A stretch of DNA of 64,000 nt. Source: Bacteroidales bacterium. GTDB taxonomy: Bacteria > Bacteroidota > Bacteroidia > Bacteroidales > UBA1715. The DNA lies in the NCBI GenBank assembly GCA_017552705.1, contig JAFZOY010000116.1, positions 24,310-88,309 of the forward strand, in the 5' to 3' direction. Below the pieces are notes generated by a model that worked only from the letters and a program-made list of their open reading frames with translations, ran no database searches and was not told the DNA's origin. The translations under genes and the position numbers were made by a program. This document shows positions 62,507 to 64,000 of this stretch, piece after piece (the first letter of the stretch is position 1; every line of letters starts with the position of its first letter).

Positions 62507-63832
62507 TTAGTTGTTCCCGAATAAATTTTCGTTCAGTGCAATCAATGCTTTTTCTTTGTTTTTGGTGTCGATAAGCACCGAGATGTTGTGGTCGCTACCG
62601 CCATAGCAAATCATTCGTACCGAAATGTCTTTCAACGATTTAAGCACTTCTGTCGCATGACCTTGTTCCTCGGCAATCATATTTCCAACAATGCAGATGA
62701 TTGTTTGGTCTTTGTCGACTTCAACTGTACCCAATTTTTTCAGTTCGTCAGTTATCTGAGCAAGATAGTCAACCTTGTCGATTGTGAGCGACAACGCAAC
62801 TTCCGAAGTAGTGATCAAGTCGATTGGCGTTTTGTATTTTTCGAAGACCTCGAACACGCGACACAGAAATCCGTATGCGAGCAACATTCTGCCTGATTTT
62901 ATCTTGATGGCTGTCAGACCATCTTTTGCAGCGATAGCCTTGATACCCGTACCAGTCACCTTGTTCGAAATTGTGGTTCCTTTTGCAAGCGGTTCCATAG
63001 TGTTTTTAAGCAATACAGGAATATTTTTCACCTTTGCAGGAAGCACAGTCGATGGGTGAAGGATTTTTGCACCGAAATACGCAAGTTCGGCAGCCTCGTC
63101 AAACGACATTTCAGCGATAGGATGCGTATTTTTTACAATACGAGGATCGTTGTTGTGGATGCCGTCGATGTCGGTCCAAATTTCAACAACTTCAGCATTG
63201 ATTGCAGCACCGATAAGCGATGCGGAATAATCGCTACCGCCACGTTTTAGGTTGTCAACCTCGCCTTTGTCGTTTGTGCAGATAAATCCTTGCGTAATGA
63301 ACAGCGTAGTATCAGGATAGCGTTGCAGAACTTTTTTCAGTTCACTTTCGATTTTTGTCATCACAGGTTCGCCGTCGCCGTCAACAAACATAAATTCAAG
63401 CGAGTTGAGCAGAACCGAAGGAATATTATTTTCTTCGTGATAAAGTTGCACCAAGTTGGTTGACATGATTTCGCCGCGGGCAAGAATCATTTTTTCAGCC
63501 TGTATATTGAATGGCTTATGGGCAAACGAGCGTACCACGTCGCATTCGCGAGTGATGATAGACTTCGCTTTCTCGCGGAACTGAGGAGTCTGCAACAGAC
63601 CTTCGATTACGCCGTCGTATTTCTTTTCCAATGCGGAAATGAGGTTCGACGCTGCGTCGTCGTTTCCTTTTTTGAAATAGTCAGAAATTTCAACCAAATT
63701 GTTGGTAGTTCCCGACATTGCCGAAAGGACAACAATCTGCTTGTTTCCGTCGGTAATCAATTTGGAAACGTTTTTCATTCTTTCAGGCGAACCAACCGAG
63801 GTTCCACCGAATTTCAATACTTTCATAGTCAT
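62507..63832 (-). CDS. lysC: Aspartate kinase
   Basis: MKVLKFGGTSVGS, VVVLSAMSGTTN, GGSDYSA, C-terminal ACT-like region. TACCTTTG box at 63846-63853. Confidence 0.95.
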   Translation of the reverse strand: MTMKVLKFGGTSVGSPERMKNVSKLITDGNKQIVVLSAMSGTTNNLVEISDYFKKGNDDAASNLISALEKKYDGVIEGLLQTPQFREKAKSIITRECDVVRSFAHKPFNIQAEKMILARGEIMSTNLVQLYHEENNIPSVLLNSLEFMFVDGDGEPVMTKIESELKKVLQRYPDTTLFITQGFICTNDKGEVDNLKRGGSDYSASLIGAAINAEVVEIWTDIDGIHNNDPRIVKNTHPIAEMSFDEAAELAYFGAKILHPSTVLPAKVKNIPVLLKNTMEPLAKGTTISNKVTGTGIKAIAAKDGLTAIKIKSGRMLLAYGFLCRVFEVFEKYKTPIDLITTSEVALSLTIDKVDYLAQITDELKKLGTVEVDKDQTIICIVGNMIAEEQGHATEVLKSLKDISVRMICYGGSDHNISVLIDTKNKEKALIALNENLFGNN

Positions 63833-63921
63833 ATTTTTAGTGCCGCAAAGGTACAAAAAATGCGAAAAGCCCAATAATTTTTAACGACGATTTCTGAATG
63901 ATGCTCCGTGTGATTTACTGA

Positions 63922-64000
63922 CTATATCTCCAAATTCTTTTCGTCGTATTCAGCAATTTCGCGCAAACGGCCATAATGCTCGTCGTGCTGGCTTCGGTCA
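63922..64000 (-). CDS. 3' end of an unidentified gene entering from the right edge
   Basis: The minus frame reads ...DRSQHDEHYGRLREIAEYDEKNLEI* with TAG at 63924-63922. Only 26 codons are visible. Confidence 0.3.
   Translation of the reverse strand, partial: DRSQHDEHYGRLREIAEYDEKNLEI

Noticed and set aside
63833-63900. Looked for a lysine riboswitch upstream of lysC and an SAH/SAM element upstream of ahcY (52389-52470)
   Set aside because: In both cases a TAnnTTTG box lies only 13-20 nt from the start codon. That leaves a near-leaderless mRNA with no room for an aptamer.

Overview
All calls below come from hand reading of the sequence and motif memory; no database or covariance-model search was possible.

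The window looks like a Bacteroidota (Bacteroidales-like) chromosome segment. Four things support this: TAnnTTTG -7 boxes sit 10-35 nt upstream of many start codons, Shine-Dalgarno sites are almost absent, T9SS type-A and type-B C-terminal sorting domains are present, and the atp operon is atpBEFHAG without atpDC.

The core backbone runs from about 15.4 to 52.4 kb, with lysC at the right end. It contains:
- tRNA-Gln(UUG), aroD-aroB, an outer-membrane lipoprotein and two secreted/T9SS cargo proteins
- yraN, queF-queC-queE, a hemolysin-III family protein and a LytS-type kinase with a LytTR regulator
- a 3624-aa T9SS type-B Ig-repeat adhesin
- a DUF59 protein with sufE, the atp operon, rimP-nusA-infB, a TlpA-like oxidoreductase, VanZ and ahcY

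Two AT-rich accessory blocks stand out.

(i) 1-15.3 kb, abutting the 3' end of tRNA-Gln:
- a partial YD/RHS-like gene that is missing from the ORF track
- three AAA+ ATPase genes and a decayed AbiEi/AbiEii pair
- seven copies of a conserved promoter, short leader and KLFR(Y/S)ILP signal-peptide 5' cassette, mostly with TTG starts, fused to unrelated secreted proteins. One copy is an orphan stub.

(ii) 52.5-62.5 kb, between ahcY and lysC:
- a tightly overlapping three-gene operon that fuses five GT-A glycosyltransferase domains, two SDR epimerases, a protein-kinase-like domain and a radical SAM domain, with no membrane or export component
- a very AT-rich module of an unknown 325-aa protein, an HNH nuclease and a Shine-Dalgarno-preceded 29-codon micro-ORF
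- a DUF4143 ATPase gene

I consider the fused glycosylation/kinase/radical-SAM operon and the 5' homology cassette family the best candidates for undescribed biology.

Smaller regulatory candidates:
- a preQ1-I-like pseudoknot in the queF leader
- an intrinsic terminator inside the rimP-nusA-infB leader
- phased triple direct repeats abutting the -7 box of both DUF4143 ATPase genes
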